Assembly: GCA_964016885.1 (NCBI GenBank)
Contig: OZ024742.1
Location: forward strand, 234,980,001-235,044,000
Length of the DNA stretch: 64,000 nucleotides
Direction of reading: 5' to 3'
DNA from: Eledone cirrhosa
Taxonomy: Eukaryota
Position numbers and translations under genes: made by a program. Positions within the stretch are counted from its first letter, which is position 1. Every line of letters begins with the position of its first letter. Below are positions 37,256 through 49,686 of this stretch, piece by piece. The notes under the pieces were generated by a model, which saw only the letters and a program-made list of their open reading frames with translations, did not search any database and was not told where the DNA came from.

Positions 37256-37519
37256 TTAACATTACTTTCACATATTTATTTATTTATCTATTAATAACTT
37301 CTCAGTTATATTTCTGACGATAACTTTTAACTCTTCACCTATTTATTATTAATCTTCCAGCTATTTACCTCCATTTGACTAGCTGTCTGACAGACATGGC
37401 CCTGTGCTCCCACTTTTTCCTTTTCCTTTTCCCTTCTGCTTACACACCTACACACACCAATACATATCCTCTTATATAATGAATCTCAATTTGCTACTCT
37501 GTGAACCGCTTAACGACTT

Positions 37520-37803
37520 CATGGGACAGACATGGGCTCCACAAGCCATAGTGAAGGCTATCCATCTAGAGAAGCAGTGGCTCTGATTAATAACAACTGG
37601 ATGGGGCAGACATGGATCCCATAAGCCATAGTGAAGGCAACCTGTCTAGGAGGGTAGTGACTCCAATACAAAAATGACTGCAGGGAGCAGACATAGGCTT
37701 CATAAGCCGTAGTGAAAGTCACCCATCTAGGAGAGTAGACACTCAAATAAAATCTGATACAGGGTGGAGAGGACTCTTACGTCTAGTAAGACAACCTCTC
37801 TAG
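37520..37803 (+). repeat. 80-bp tandem repeat, about 3.5 diverged units
   Basis: CAGACAT at 37527, 37607 and 37687, each followed by AAGCC.TAGTGAA.G..A.C..TCTAG. Confidence 0.8.
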
Positions 37804-38222
37804 TGCTGGTGGCACAAACAATGTGCCCAGTCTATGCTGAAAAGTGGTTGGTGATAGGAAGAGCATCCAGCCAGTAAAACCCAGCCAAAATCATGAAAAG
37901 CATGACCAATATTATTTCCACTAGTTGCAAACACAGAGCTAACACTAGTCATGTTAGTGGGGTGGCAATCACACAACCACTTTCCCTTTCAGGTGCATAG
38001 AATCTCTAATCAAAGAAGTAACAACAACAGCAATAAAGGTACGAATCTCAGGAATGCCACCCTCAATGTTGGTACCCTGAAAGGCAGATCAGGTGAAACT
38101 GCTAAGACTGGTGGAGGAGATGATGAAGGAACGCGACAAGTGGAGAGATGCCATGCTGAGTATGGTCCATTCAACCCATGCAAGGATGGAAAAATGGACA
38201 TAAAAATGATGATGACGATGAT
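37803..38222 (+). mobile_element. Internally deleted (bipartite) RTE-derived element
   Basis: GGTTGGTGATAGGAAGAGCATCCAGC motif, then the APE start ATLNVGTLKGRSGE (38055-38097), fused directly to an RTE 3' end homologous to 35150-35268. Confidence 0.65.
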
Positions 38223-41200
38223 AATATATATATATACATGTAATTTGTTCCTACCATTATTTCATTATTTACCAGAATGGGAGCAGGTCCAACTTCAGAG
38301 TTGTGTCTTGACTAAGACCACAATGCCTGACTGTGACAAGATACAAAATAACCAACTCCCATCTAGTGTCTTATTGATATAAGCTCTCCACCAACCCTGT
38401 ATTAATGATTAAAGTAAATAATACCGAAAGTAGAACTGATCAAATAACCGACTATATCGTGATTAATAGTGTTCAATCTTTAGTATCCTTCATTTAATAC
38501 AATGTTTTTCTGTTGGTTCAACAGCTGGTGCTCAGTTTACTATCAATATTCAATCTTTCTGGATAAGACTTAGTAAATAGTGAAGTAATTCATATATGGA
38601 ACACCAATCTGTTTTATTACTTATACATTCATGTTTGTTCATCAGTAATTGATGAAGACTGTAACTTCAACAACACAGCACTTCAACGAAAGATGCAACT
38701 GTACAGGAGACTAAAACATTATAACTGTTCCCACTTATATTACACATTCCATGGGTTTTACATACAAAGAAACTTAAGGAGTGACAGTTCTTCATTGTTG
38801 CACACATGTGCAATACCATCCTTCCAAGAAAATGTTGTGCCGGCCAAAAAAGAAAACTACATGTTGTGCAAAATGTCTAAAACCCTGAAATTAGAGAGGC
38901 AATGCCATCTAAAATATATATAATAGGAATTTTATGTTGAGCAATAATTGACATGTAGAGGCTTTGCAGTAACCAATACGCATGTAGGAGAACTTAGAAA
39001 AGATTATACATTTTGAAACTGAATGCATATGTCAGTACAGACTTTTAAACTAAAACAAAGATGACATTTTCTAATGCTCCACAAGTTCAATACTCAATAT
39101 ACTCATACTCATACTCAATCATCATCATCAGCCTTGATATTTAACGTCCTTTTTTCCATGTTTGCATGTGTTAGATGGGTCCTCCACATTTTGAGACAAG
39201 TCTGGCCAGTTGGCCATGCCATACCTTGCTCAATCGGAACTGGATTTTGGCTGGGTATTTTAAAGCTGGATGCCCTTCCTAACATCAACCACATTTACAG
39301 TGTGGAACTAAGTGGTACCGTTATGAAGAGGGCTGGCCAGCTGGCTGTGCTGTACCTTACTCATAGCAGAATCGTTTTTTTGGAATCTGGGTAGTCCTAT
39401 TATGAGGATGTCTGGCCACTTGGCCATGCCAAACCTTGCTCATAGCAGGACCCATGATTTGGCAAGGTTTTTATGGCTGCTAGTACATGCTTTAGAGTGG
39501 TTAGCATCCAACCGTAGAAAGCAAGCTAAAAACGGAACATGTGTACAACATATGTTCACCTGATTAGTCTAGCCTCAGAACGAGACAACCTATGTAACAC
39601 ATGTAAGTATGGAAAATAGCCGTTAAATGGTAATGATGATAATAGTTTTATGTTTGTCTGGACTTTGTGTAGGGTAGTATTATTAGAATAATGTTTTAGT
39701 AGTTTTCTGGGTTCTTGGAAGACCTCAACCTCCCTTAATCGATCATTGGAGAATCATTTTATTTGATGTGCTTGTCAAATAATTTGTATAAAAACTAATA
39801 TCAGTCTCTCACATGTATAATTTTCTCGCAGGATTTCAAATGTTATGTCTAGCACTTATACAATAGTGTTAACGCCTCACTGGAGTTGAGACTAGGCATG
39901 GAGAACTCAAGAGAGTTCAACTGAATTCTTTCTAATGAGCCAATGAGTGAACCTTTGTATGATCACTTGACCTACTAGAAATAGCAACCAAATTTCTCTC
40001 AAATCATGCTTTACTACCTTAAAAAGAGAAAGAACACATTGGATGGTGTCCGAAATAAAAGATGGAAAGATTTTGACTGAAATACTTTTCATCATATGTC
40101 TACTAGATCAGGGTTGATTAGAATTAAACAACAACAACAACAACATTAACTTTCTACTATAAAAGTGGCATGGTGTGATGCTCAGCTAATATTCCTAAGA
40201 CCAAATCATGATTTCCATCTTAAATCATTAGAAACTCATAACTTACTCTTAAGAACTCACCATGATATCTTAGATTGTACCAATATTAACAACTTTGAAT
40301 TATTTAACCCTTTTAACACAAACTTAGTTGAAACTGCCTTTGGTTTTATGAATGTTCATATTTAAATTCAAATCTTCCATCATAGTTTTATGTAAGAAAT
40401 TTTATGTTCAAGCACCAGCTCAATAATGAAAACATTAGTTATATTCATAAATCCCTTAAAATTGTTGATTATTTTTTAAATTGTTTGAAAATCATAGGCA
40501 TTGTATTTTATTAGAAATATGGCAACAAAAATGTTAAAGAGAGACTGAAAAGATTCAGAACATTTACTAAATTGAGAATTTATTTATTTATGAATTTTGA
40601 ATGTTAGGTTAAAGTTAACTGCTGCAATGCAGGTTTTTAACTATGAAAAATAGTCAAGCAAGTTAAGCAATATAAGGCCTTGGAGATGGAGCATATAAGC
40701 ACCTAGAGACAGAAAAAATGGACAGCATCACCTGTTGGACTCGAACTCACACCTACCATCTATGAATATGAACATCCAACCAATTCCAGCATGCAAAAAC
40801 AGCTGTAAAATGATGATGATGATGTTACTTTAGTTGTTGTTTTGCTAGAGTGGAAACTGGATGTTAAATGATGATGACGATAATGATCATTAATTGTGTC
40901 AACTGACAGCTAACAGCTTGTAGTTGTTTTTTATTAGTATATCTTCATGGAGTTGTGATTATTATCTTTTTATCTATTCACATATGTATATGTATTTGAA
41001 TGCGTACTTGTGTATCTGTGTGAATGTGTGTTTGTGCATACATTTATGTGCATGCTCACTAGTCAGTCTATCTATCTATACATATACACATACATCCACT
41101 TGACAGCAACAAATTCTCATGTGTAATGTTTGTTGATGTTACTCAAGGAATTATCTAGATTACATACTTAGAAAAGCATTTCATGAAACATGTAGTAGCA

Positions 41201-41900
41201 AAAACAAATAGATCCAACTCACTAATTGGTATGTTATAACCTTTTATCAAAACACTCCGAGGTCAACTTTACCTTTCATCCTTTCAAGGTTGATAAAAAA
41301 GTACCAGTCGATACTTCCTTTATTTCGCTTTTCACTCCCTTTCTCTCATTCTCCCTCTCTATTTCTCTGCAAGAAATCTGTTGTATTCAGGTCATTTTAA
41401 GTTCATCCACCACTACCACCACCACCCTCATTGATGTTGTTATTGTTGTTCCCTGATCAGTTAACTCTTGTTAATTGAAATACAAGCTATTTCAATTAAT
41501 TAATAATGAATTTTGAGAGATTTACTAAAATTATTATTTATTTCATTATTAAGATAGTGTTTTAACATATGGCTCTTATATGTTGGAATATTTCAATTTA
41601 AATAGGAACCCTTTAAAATGGGTGGTTTTGTTTCATTGAACCAAGATCAATATTGGGTGAGTTGGTATCAAAAGAGATAAAGTCTATGATCTTTCGATCA
41701 AGCCACTCCCCCACACCCTACAATGACATTTTAATATGACATCACTGAACCTGAACTATAAATATTTTAATAGAACCAAATAAAAATTGTCAGCAAAATA
41801 TAAAATAAACAATCTTGATGAAAGACAAGAGTGAAAATATTTACACCTAGCGGGACCTGTGGAAATTCCACAGACGAAAAAATTAAGAGGAACTATTTAA

Positions 41901-42120
41901 CCCTTTAATGTTCCAACCAGCCAAAGCCGGCCAGAATTCTCTACCTTTTTCTGTTGAAACTGGCTGCAACTGGTCACTCAAACTGATGTTAAGGTATTGT
42001 TCTCAAAATAAATACTTTCAAAATCTCATAGATTCGATATTATGTGAGATAATTATGTGAGATAAAGCCTTTACCATGAAAATACAATAGTATATACAGA
42101 GTAATGTGAATGCTAAAGGG
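41901..42120. mobile_element. piggyBac-type MITE
   Basis: TTAA|CCCTTTA...TAAAGGG|TTAA. Confidence 0.8.
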
Positions 42121-42613
42121 TTAAGAAACGTTCGTCTTGTTGCATATTATCTCTTCTCTCCTGTTGTCTTAATCTACCTTGCTTTAAAACGATATGCCTC
42201 TGTTCTTCATTCATTTGCTCATGTCTCTGTACACATACACACATCAATTCATTACACTTGTGTATGTATATATGTATATGAATACATTTATATGTATGAG
42301 TATATAATTATAAACGTGCAAACACATATACACTCACACAAGTGTAGCTAATCTTGGATCGCTCATTGCTATAGTGTTTCACCAGCCCCTTCCTTCCTCA
42401 TTCATTACATAGATATGTGTGTATGTAATAATTATTTTGTATGATTTGTCTATTTATGAATATGTATGAGATGTGTGTATCTGTTTATGTATTTATGTGT
42501 AGATGTGTGTGTATGTAACTAAAGTGTAACGTATGAACAAATGGACTAAAGACACCAACAATTATAATAAGATGAGATTGCTTCAAATATTGACATGTTG
42601 TGAGGAAGTTTAA

Positions 42614-43101
42614 CCCTTTAGCATTTATATTACACTGCTATTATATTTTCATGGTAAAGGCTTTATCTCACATAATTATCTCACGTCGATGAAATAAAGT
42701 ACCAGTAATGCACTGGGTAATTGCTGGCCTTGTGCCAAAAAAGTAGAAACAATTATATGGAATCTCTGGTGGATTGGCAGTATCGGTAGAGAGCCGGACG
42801 CCACACGTTGCAGTATAGAGTTATGCCCCTTTATGATCTGAGTTCAAATCCCGCTGAGGTTAACTTTGCCTTTCATCCTTACAGGGTCGATAAAGTAAAG
42901 CACCAGTAATGCACTGGGATAATTGCTGACCTTGTGCCAAAAATAGAAACAATTATATGGAATCTACGAGATTTTGATGATGTTATTATTTATTTTGAGA
43001 AAAATACCTTAATGTCAGTATGAGTAGCTGATTATGGCCAGTTTGAACAGAAATAGATGAGAGAATTCTGGCCGGATATGGCTGGTTTAAATGCTAAAGA
43101 G
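42614..43101. mobile_element. Same piggyBac-type MITE in opposite orientation, with about 1.4 nested SINE A copies (42686-42955)
   Basis: TTAA|CCCTTTAGCATT...AATGCTAAAGAG|TTAA. Internal sequence is the reverse complement of 41901-42120. Confidence 0.78.
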
Positions 43102-43109
43102 TTAAAATA

Positions 43110-43280
43110 TTGACAGTGCTGTGAGGAGATGACAGTGTTTTGAGGTGGAGGTGACAGTGTTGTGTGGAGGTTGTGAGGAGGTGTTGACAGTGTTATGAGG
43201 ATGTGACAGTGTTGTGATAAGGTAACAGTCTTGTGAGGAGATGACAGTGTTGTGAAGAGGTGACAGTGTTGTGAGAAGGT
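43110..43280. repeat. Minisatellite, about 19-22-bp unit TGACAGTGTTGTGAGGAGG
   Basis: About 8 diverged units. Confidence 0.85.
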
Positions 43281-43707
43281 ATTTAAGATGTGTTCGTGCA
43301 ATCTTTCATTCAATCATAGTATATCTAGGACTACATTATCCAATTTTTTAGAGTGGTAGGGTATGATTTAAAAGAGATTTCAAGCATTGCACGTTTGTCT
43401 TTACATATTTATTGCAATTTAAATCCTTTAAAATATGTTTTAAAGACTATATTTTTGAAAAATGTTTTTTTCACAACTGAAGTAGCATTGTTGGCAATCA
43501 TAAAGTTATGCAATAAAATAATGTTAAATATACAGGACCTCTTTTTGTGTCTCTAATGATTGAATATTTGTTTAATTTCATATTATGTTTGGGGTCATTT
43601 GAATGTTTACCTCCGAAAATTTGAAAGGTACAAGAAATAAACAAATTATTAAATTAAAGTATTTTTTCAATAATTGTTGATTTATCAAAAATATTTCATC
43701 TGCCAAA

Positions 43708-43747
43708 ATCACTTCTTGGCCTTTTGGATAAGATCAAAGTGTAATAT
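43708..43747 (+). pseudogene. U2: U2 snRNA 5' fragment (nt 1-40)
   Basis: ATCACTTCTTGGCCTTTTGGATAAGATCAAAGTGTAATAT versus U2 ATCGCTTCTCGGCCTTTTGGCTAAGATCAAAGTGTAGTAT: 36/40 matches, two of the changes being CpG transitions. Confidence 0.85.
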
Positions 43748-44076
43748 AAGGTGGCAAAAATAATTTATAAAAAAATAAACATTTGAAAGCCATTAGCTCG
43801 GAATTTTGGAAGCTGGTGGTGTAGCCCCATCTAGCAAATTCCAGCAGACGCAAGGTGGGGAACAACCGAAAATCAAGGCAGTGCTCTCCTTAACTTGCTT
43901 TATGCTGGAATTCAATATAAGTGAAAACATATAGTTTTCACACCTATGTACATGGGCTGATTAGATTCATTTGCTTATGGAGCTGTCCACCAGCTAGGCC
44001 TGAACAAGAGATAGAATTAAGGTGTTCGCCCCAACATTGCTGTATACATATTAGTAAGTGTTTTTTGTATATTTAA

Positions 44077-44313
44077 TGATATACGGTATGTTTAAAAATA
44101 AACATTTTAAAGCCTTTAGCTATGAATTTTGGAAGCTGATGCCTTAGCGCCATCTTGTGAATTCCAGCAGAAGGAGTACTGCCTTGATATCGACCATCAG
44201 TCAGAAATGTTTGTCAGTAGCCCCCCACTTCTGCTGGAATTTGTGAGATGGAGCCTTCCAAAATCCATAACTAAAGCCTTTGAAATGTTTATTTGTAAAC
44301 ATACCATATATCA
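44077..44313. repeat. Palindromic MITE-like element; one arm is also repeated at about 43776-43855
   Basis: TGATATACGGTATGTTTAAAAATAAACATTT...ATTCCAGCAGAAG pairs with CTTCTGCTGGAAT...AAATGTTTATTTGTAAACATACCATATATCA. Confidence 0.75.
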
Positions 44314-44634
44314 GGCACATGGCTTATTGGTAAGAGCCTTGCAATCGAAAGGGTGTGGGTTCAATTCTCAGACCGCGTGATGTGTTGTTTCCTTGAGCAA
44401 GACACTTTATTTTACATTGCTCCAGTTTACTCAGCTGTATAAATGAGATGATAGGGACTGGGGTCCATATCATTCCACTGCAAAGTGGTCGTGGAGGTGC
44501 CACGGCAAAAAAGCACCCAGCACTCACTGTAAATGAGGTTGGTGTTAGGAAAGGCATCCAGCTGTAGAAATCAAGCCAGAATCAGTTCCCGTCCCACCCT
44601 TGCAAGCAGGGAAAAGCAGACATAAAATGATGAT
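44313..44634 (+). mobile_element. Full-length SINE family B
   Basis: A box TGGCTTATTGG, B box GGTTCAATTC, V-like core, RTE-type tail. Confidence 0.9.
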
Positions 44635-44841
44635 ACAAAATATACATACTTATATGTAGACAGCTATGTTGGAGCGAGCACCTTAATTTTATCAAAAAAA
44701 TAATTAAATTTGCCTGCTTTAACTTTTGTGATCAAAATTCAAGACTTGTTCTCTATTTTTATTTCATTTCATTTTTTTTTTTTGGTTTGGTTTGGTGTAG
44801 GGATCAAAAATTATAATTTTCCCTGACTTTTTTTTCTACAG

Positions 44842-44916
44842 GAATGCCTGGAGAGATATTTTTGCGAACCCTTACAGCCATGATTATACCACTTATAGTT
44901 AGCAACGTGATATCAG
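44842..44916 (+). CDS. SLC1/EAAT-family transporter exon (TM2)
   Basis: Polypyrimidine tract plus CAG acceptor, GTAA donor, phase 1-1. Translates (G)MPGEIFLRTLTAMIIPLIVSNVIS(G), matching the SLC1 motif FPGE..MRML.M.ILPLIVSS.ISG. Confidence 0.9.
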
Positions 44917-45027
44917 GTAAATATTTAGTATCTTACAATTACCAACATAAAACACCCTATCTCATACATTTCAGAACCTGATAAAAACATGTCCTCTGAA
45001 TATTTAAATTGACACCAAGTAATACAA

Positions 45028-45500
45028 ATGGTGTCATACCAAATGATTGGTGCAGCAGCATCATTGTCAACTGCTACAAGGGTAAAGGAGATGCACTAGA
45101 GAGAGGAAACTACAGAGGCATCAAGTTGATGGATCAGGTCATGAAAGTAACAGAAAGAGTTATAGCACAGCTGATTAGGGACAAGGTTAATCTAGATGAG
45201 AGGCAGTTTGGATTTGTACCATGCGAAAGCACCACTGATGCTCTCTTCCTGGTGAAGCAGTTACAGGAAAAGTACCTAGCTAAAAGTAAGCTGCTCTACC
45301 TGGCATTTGTTGATCTGGAGAAAGCCTTTGACAGAGTTCCCCGTGCCATAATCTGATGGGCTCTTAGAAAACTAAGAGTAGATAAGTGGCTTGTGAAGGC
45401 TGTAAAAGTCATGTATAGGACAGCAGTCAGCAAAGTAACAATGACTATAGCGATGAATTTAGCGTACAGGCTGGCATCAATTAGGGCTCTGTTCTTAGCC
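45028..45500 (+). mobile_element. RTE RT fragment (intronic)
   Basis: IPNDWCSSIIVNCYKGKGDALERGNYRGIKLM...QFGFVP...FVDLEKAFDRVPR. Confidence 0.9.
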
Positions 45501-45730
45501 CATACTGTAAAGTGGTTGTGTAAGTGTCACAACAAAAAGCACCCAGTACTCACTGTAAATGTGGTTGGCATTAGGAAGGGCATCCAGCTGTAGAAACCAA
45601 GCCAAAATCCATTCTGTATGAGCAAGACAAGGTCACCTGGCCTGGCATTGCTCACAACAAGACAACTTTTCTAACCCATGCTAACGTGGAAAAATGGATG
45701 TTAAAAGGTGATGGTGATGATGATAATGAT

Positions 45731-46108
45731 AATTGTTTCTACTTTTGGCACAAGGCCAGCAATTACGCAGTACATTACTGGTACTTTATTTTATCAACCC
45801 CGTAAGGATGAAAGGCAAAGTTAACCTCGACGGGATTTGAACTCAGACCGTAATGGGACGGAACTATGCTAGAAAGCATGGCATCCAACCCTCTACCGAT
45901 ACTGCCAATTCACCGCCCTGGAGTTTCTACTTTTGGCACAAAGCCAGCCATTACCCCAGTGCATCACTGGTACTTTATTTTATCGACCCCATAAGGATGA
46001 AAGGCAAAGTTAACCTTAGCGGATTTGAACTCAGAACACAAAGGGCCATAACTCTATGCTGCAAAGCATGGTGTCTGATGCTCTACCAATACTGCCAAAC
46101 CACTGCCC
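45731..46108 (-). mobile_element. Two tandem SINE family A copies
   Basis: 45731-45917 and 45923-46108 match the reverse complement of 36630-36814. Confidence 0.88.
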
Positions 46109-46548
46109 TTGATGATGATAATGATGATATCAAGTGAATCTGTTATATTTTACTGCTGTGTACCCACTGGATACATCATGGTCAAATGCTTAAAAAGCTT
46201 ACTTTTATAACTGTGTATTCTTGCTGTAGTGCCCCTGCATGGAATCTTGGGCAAGTGTCTTCTGTTATAGTCTCACATCAACTCAGCCTTGTAAGTGAAA
46301 TTGGGTTGGCAGAAACTGTATGAAAACCTATAGAATGGAATGGATTTGTGATTTGAAGACCTGAACTTGTCATACATAGTATCATTCCAAGTCTGCCTAA
46401 TAGTCACGTTAAGGGTGCAAATAATTGTGGAGAGCATAGTAACTTACACTAGAATGTAATGAGTGGATAGTTGTATTGATTGAATTATTAGAACTGCCAT
46501 TCATTGTAAACCATGTCAAATGCATTCACAGCAACAAGATTGCAAGTA

Positions 46549-47067
46549 CCATATATACTTGTATATAAGCCGAGAAATATGGGACAAAAAAATCAATGGT
46601 AAGATGGGGTGGGAGGTTACCTTATATTTGAGGTCAATATTTTGCCAATTTCACCAACTTCAAAATTCTACGTAAATGAGGTGTTAAGATATTTTCACTT
46701 TGGAGATGAATATTAAACCTGTTTCACTTTGTATGTGAATATCGCACCAGTTTCATTCTTCTCTTGAAATTCGTATTTCCTATAGGTTTTGATATGTTTT
46801 CAATAAATATGGCCTTCAAAACAGTCAGAAATTGGTAAAAAAAATCATTATCTAATGAAGTTGTGAAACAAAAATTATACTCTAAATGACAGTTAAAACA
46901 TTTTAAATATCAAAATATTAAAACTTCATAAATATATTCTCCACTCATAAGAATTTCAAAACTGCACCATCTAAACATAATATGTTGATTAGCTACTTTG
47001 GCTTTAGACATAAAATAGGGGTTGGCTTATATTCGGATCGGATTGGCTTATATTCGAATACATGTGG
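46549..47067. mobile_element. Tc1/mariner (pogo/Tc2-like) MITE
   Basis: TA|CCATATATACTTGTATATAAGCCGA...TTGGCTTATATTCGAATACATGTGG|TA. Confidence 0.72.
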
Positions 47068-49563
47068 TAAGCTTTCTCACAATTACTAAATAACAGTAAA
47101 TGCATCCTGTATATTATATATAGCAGTACAACAGTTGGTAAATTCTTGGTATCCTACAGTTACCAACATAAGTGGGTTTGTTGTATCTTCCAGTCACTAA
47201 GTTGATGCCAGATATATTTTCCATATCTTACTGTTAGCAATGTGGTAACATATATATATACCCTATATTTTGTACTAGGTGACAAAACCAGAATGTTAAT
47301 TGAAATAGTGCTTACTTAGAGTTTGTGTCATTGAGCATACATGAAACAACTCTTTCTCGTGGAGAAGACGCTAGTTACTTTTAGTGGGTAACCAATTATT
47401 GTGCCACCAGATGAATTAAAGTAAGTGATCTGGTGATGTTGTAGAAATTATTGTACCATCAGCGAAATAAACTTTTTCCCCGCCAAATTTACTAACCATG
47501 TACCTAAATTCAAAACCATTTTCGTCAGTGGGACAGGGTACTTTTGACTACGAACTGTTTTTATTGTACTGTTTCTTCATGTTTTTTTTGTTTTTTTTTG
47601 TTTTTTGTGGGGGTGTGTATGCAGGAAGTTGAATTGATTTAGTGTCAACAGTATTTAGAGATTTGTTTGTTTTTAATGACCAGATGGTGGGAGCATTTGT
47701 AACATTAATCATATAAGGTAAAATCAAAAAAAGTTCACAAATAAATTAATACATTCCTTATACAATCATTCTTCAGCTGTTTCATCATACGTTTGGCTTG
47801 ATTCATTGATATTTATTTAAGCCATAATACCCTGTACAATATCAAACCACATTCCAAGACATTCTTGAAAAGTGCAAAACAACGTTGTCACTGCATCACA
47901 TTTAAAATTATAGTCTTTACTGCAAATTTTCCCAAAGATATGTTCTGTAGAAAAGATACTATAAACATTTGAATTTACAAACCTATTTTTAGATATTTTC
48001 TGCTAACTCATTAATTAACCTTAACTCAATACTTAACTCTTACATACTGTACTCATGAAACTACATTAGCAAGATTTTCTTAAAAAGTACAAAACAGCAG
48101 TATTTACTCTAATACTGCAGATTTTCACAATGATCTGATATTACAAACAATTGAATTAACAAACCTATATTTTTAGATATTTTCTCTAAATTATTATAGA
48201 ATGTTAAGAGTTGATCGGTGTTAACCCCTTTGTAACTGTATTTCTAATGAAATACCCTCTATTTCAATTAATTATGTGAGATAAAGCCTTTACCCTGAAA
48301 ATATAATAGTAATGTAAATGCTAATGGGTTAAATATTCCTGGTTTATTGACAATTTTCAGCCCAGAGAGTTTAAAATTTTAGAAAACATATTTGCAAAGA
48401 GGCTGGTGCTTGTCATTGGTAGTGTGGTCAGACAAGTACAGACCTGCACATGTTTGAATAAACAACATGTAGGAAAAAAATAGTTTTCCTTGTAAAAAGA
48501 TGTTCTTAGCGCCAAAACATTTGTTATCAAATAGGTTTTGTAGTCAAATGGTAGGGCCAAAACAGTGGGGCCAAAATGTAGCTGATCCACAAATACATGT
48601 TGGCACTCTTCTAGAGTTAATTCAAGCAACTCACTACACTCTTTCCCATATAGAATTATTGGCAGAACATGAGAATTATTTGCTTTATTAACCTAGGAGA
48701 GGTGTAAGGCTTAATGGACTCTGCTGAAATTAGAACCTAAAAATGTAAAGCAACAAAGCTAAATTATTGGCCTTGTGGTTAAGGGGGTGTTGGACTTATG
48801 ATCATAATGTCATGGTTTTGATTCTTGGATCAGGTTATGCAATGTGTTCTTGATCATGTAGCTTTAGTATAGTCAGCAGAAAATGAGTACCAGCAGTAAC
48901 TGGGGATTAACTTTGTAATGGACTGGCATCAAGGATCAACCAGAGGCAAATCTGGCACCAGCAGCCACAGTAATTCTAGCTTTAGTAACATATATAAAAA
49001 CTATTGCATGTGAAATGCTTGTAGTCAGAATTTAGGTCTCAATGGCATGCACCAGTATATTCAGGGTGATGGTGCTGTTGTTATGCACACATTGTGTAAG
49101 TGTCAACTTCGGTCATTCATTTGTACTTCTGACTCTATTCACCAGTGTGTGTACAGTCAGCCTGCAGAGATCTGCATGCATCACTGCAGTGTCTCAGTGG
49201 TGTGTTCATTTTTGACAGCATCATATGAGGGTTGCAGTGCATGTGTGGCTGTTATCTCATTGGTGCAGTCATTTTGTCATCCATTTCATCATCACAACAC
49301 CACTTGCCATCACATCATGCCGGCTGTGTTCACACCTCCACCTTGTGGTTTTTTACTGATTCTTATGGTTCCTCCAAGGGTGCTCTTTAACTCAAATGGC
49401 ACTTAGATAAGTGCAAGCCTAATTCCACCCCCTCCCAGGCTTGGGGCAAACTGTAACTTTTTTTTATTTATTTAATACAATGCTCCATCATTTCTGTCAC
49501 TCCACTGCTTTGCTCTCATCAAAACATACTGATATATAATTATGTATCACCTTCTTTACAAAG

Positions 49564-49686
49564 GGTCTGCTGCACTTGATGTGAAATCAAATGGTAAACT
49601 GGGTCTATGTGCTATAATATTTGTACTTATGAGTAATCTGCTTGGTGCTATCATTGGTCTTAGCTTCTTTTTGCTCATAAAACCAG
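49564..49686 (+). CDS. SLC1/EAAT-family transporter exon (TM3)
   Basis: AAG acceptor, GTAAG donor, phase 1-1. Translates (G)SAALDVKSNGKLGLCAIIFVLMSNLLGAIIGLSFFLLIKP(G), matching LD...SG..G...I.PG. Confidence 0.9.

Noticed and set aside
37520-37803. CRISPR-like array (also 43110-43280 and 51762-51990)
   Set aside because: Whole units are homologous with no unique spacers, there are no cas genes, and the context is eukaryotic.
38693-38923. piggyBac C-terminal Cys-rich domain (KTTCCAKCLKP in an alternate frame)
   Set aside because: Too short and frameshifted to support by eye.
39635-39677. Candidate TM1 exon (MIIVLCLSGLCVG)
   Set aside because: In-frame stop, no SLC1 TM1 continuation and no phase-1 donor. 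The first coding exon remains unlocated.
47385-47426. Extra transporter exon ending at a strong GTAAGT donor
   Set aside because: All frames from nearby AG acceptors hit stops, and the flanking exons already join seamlessly.
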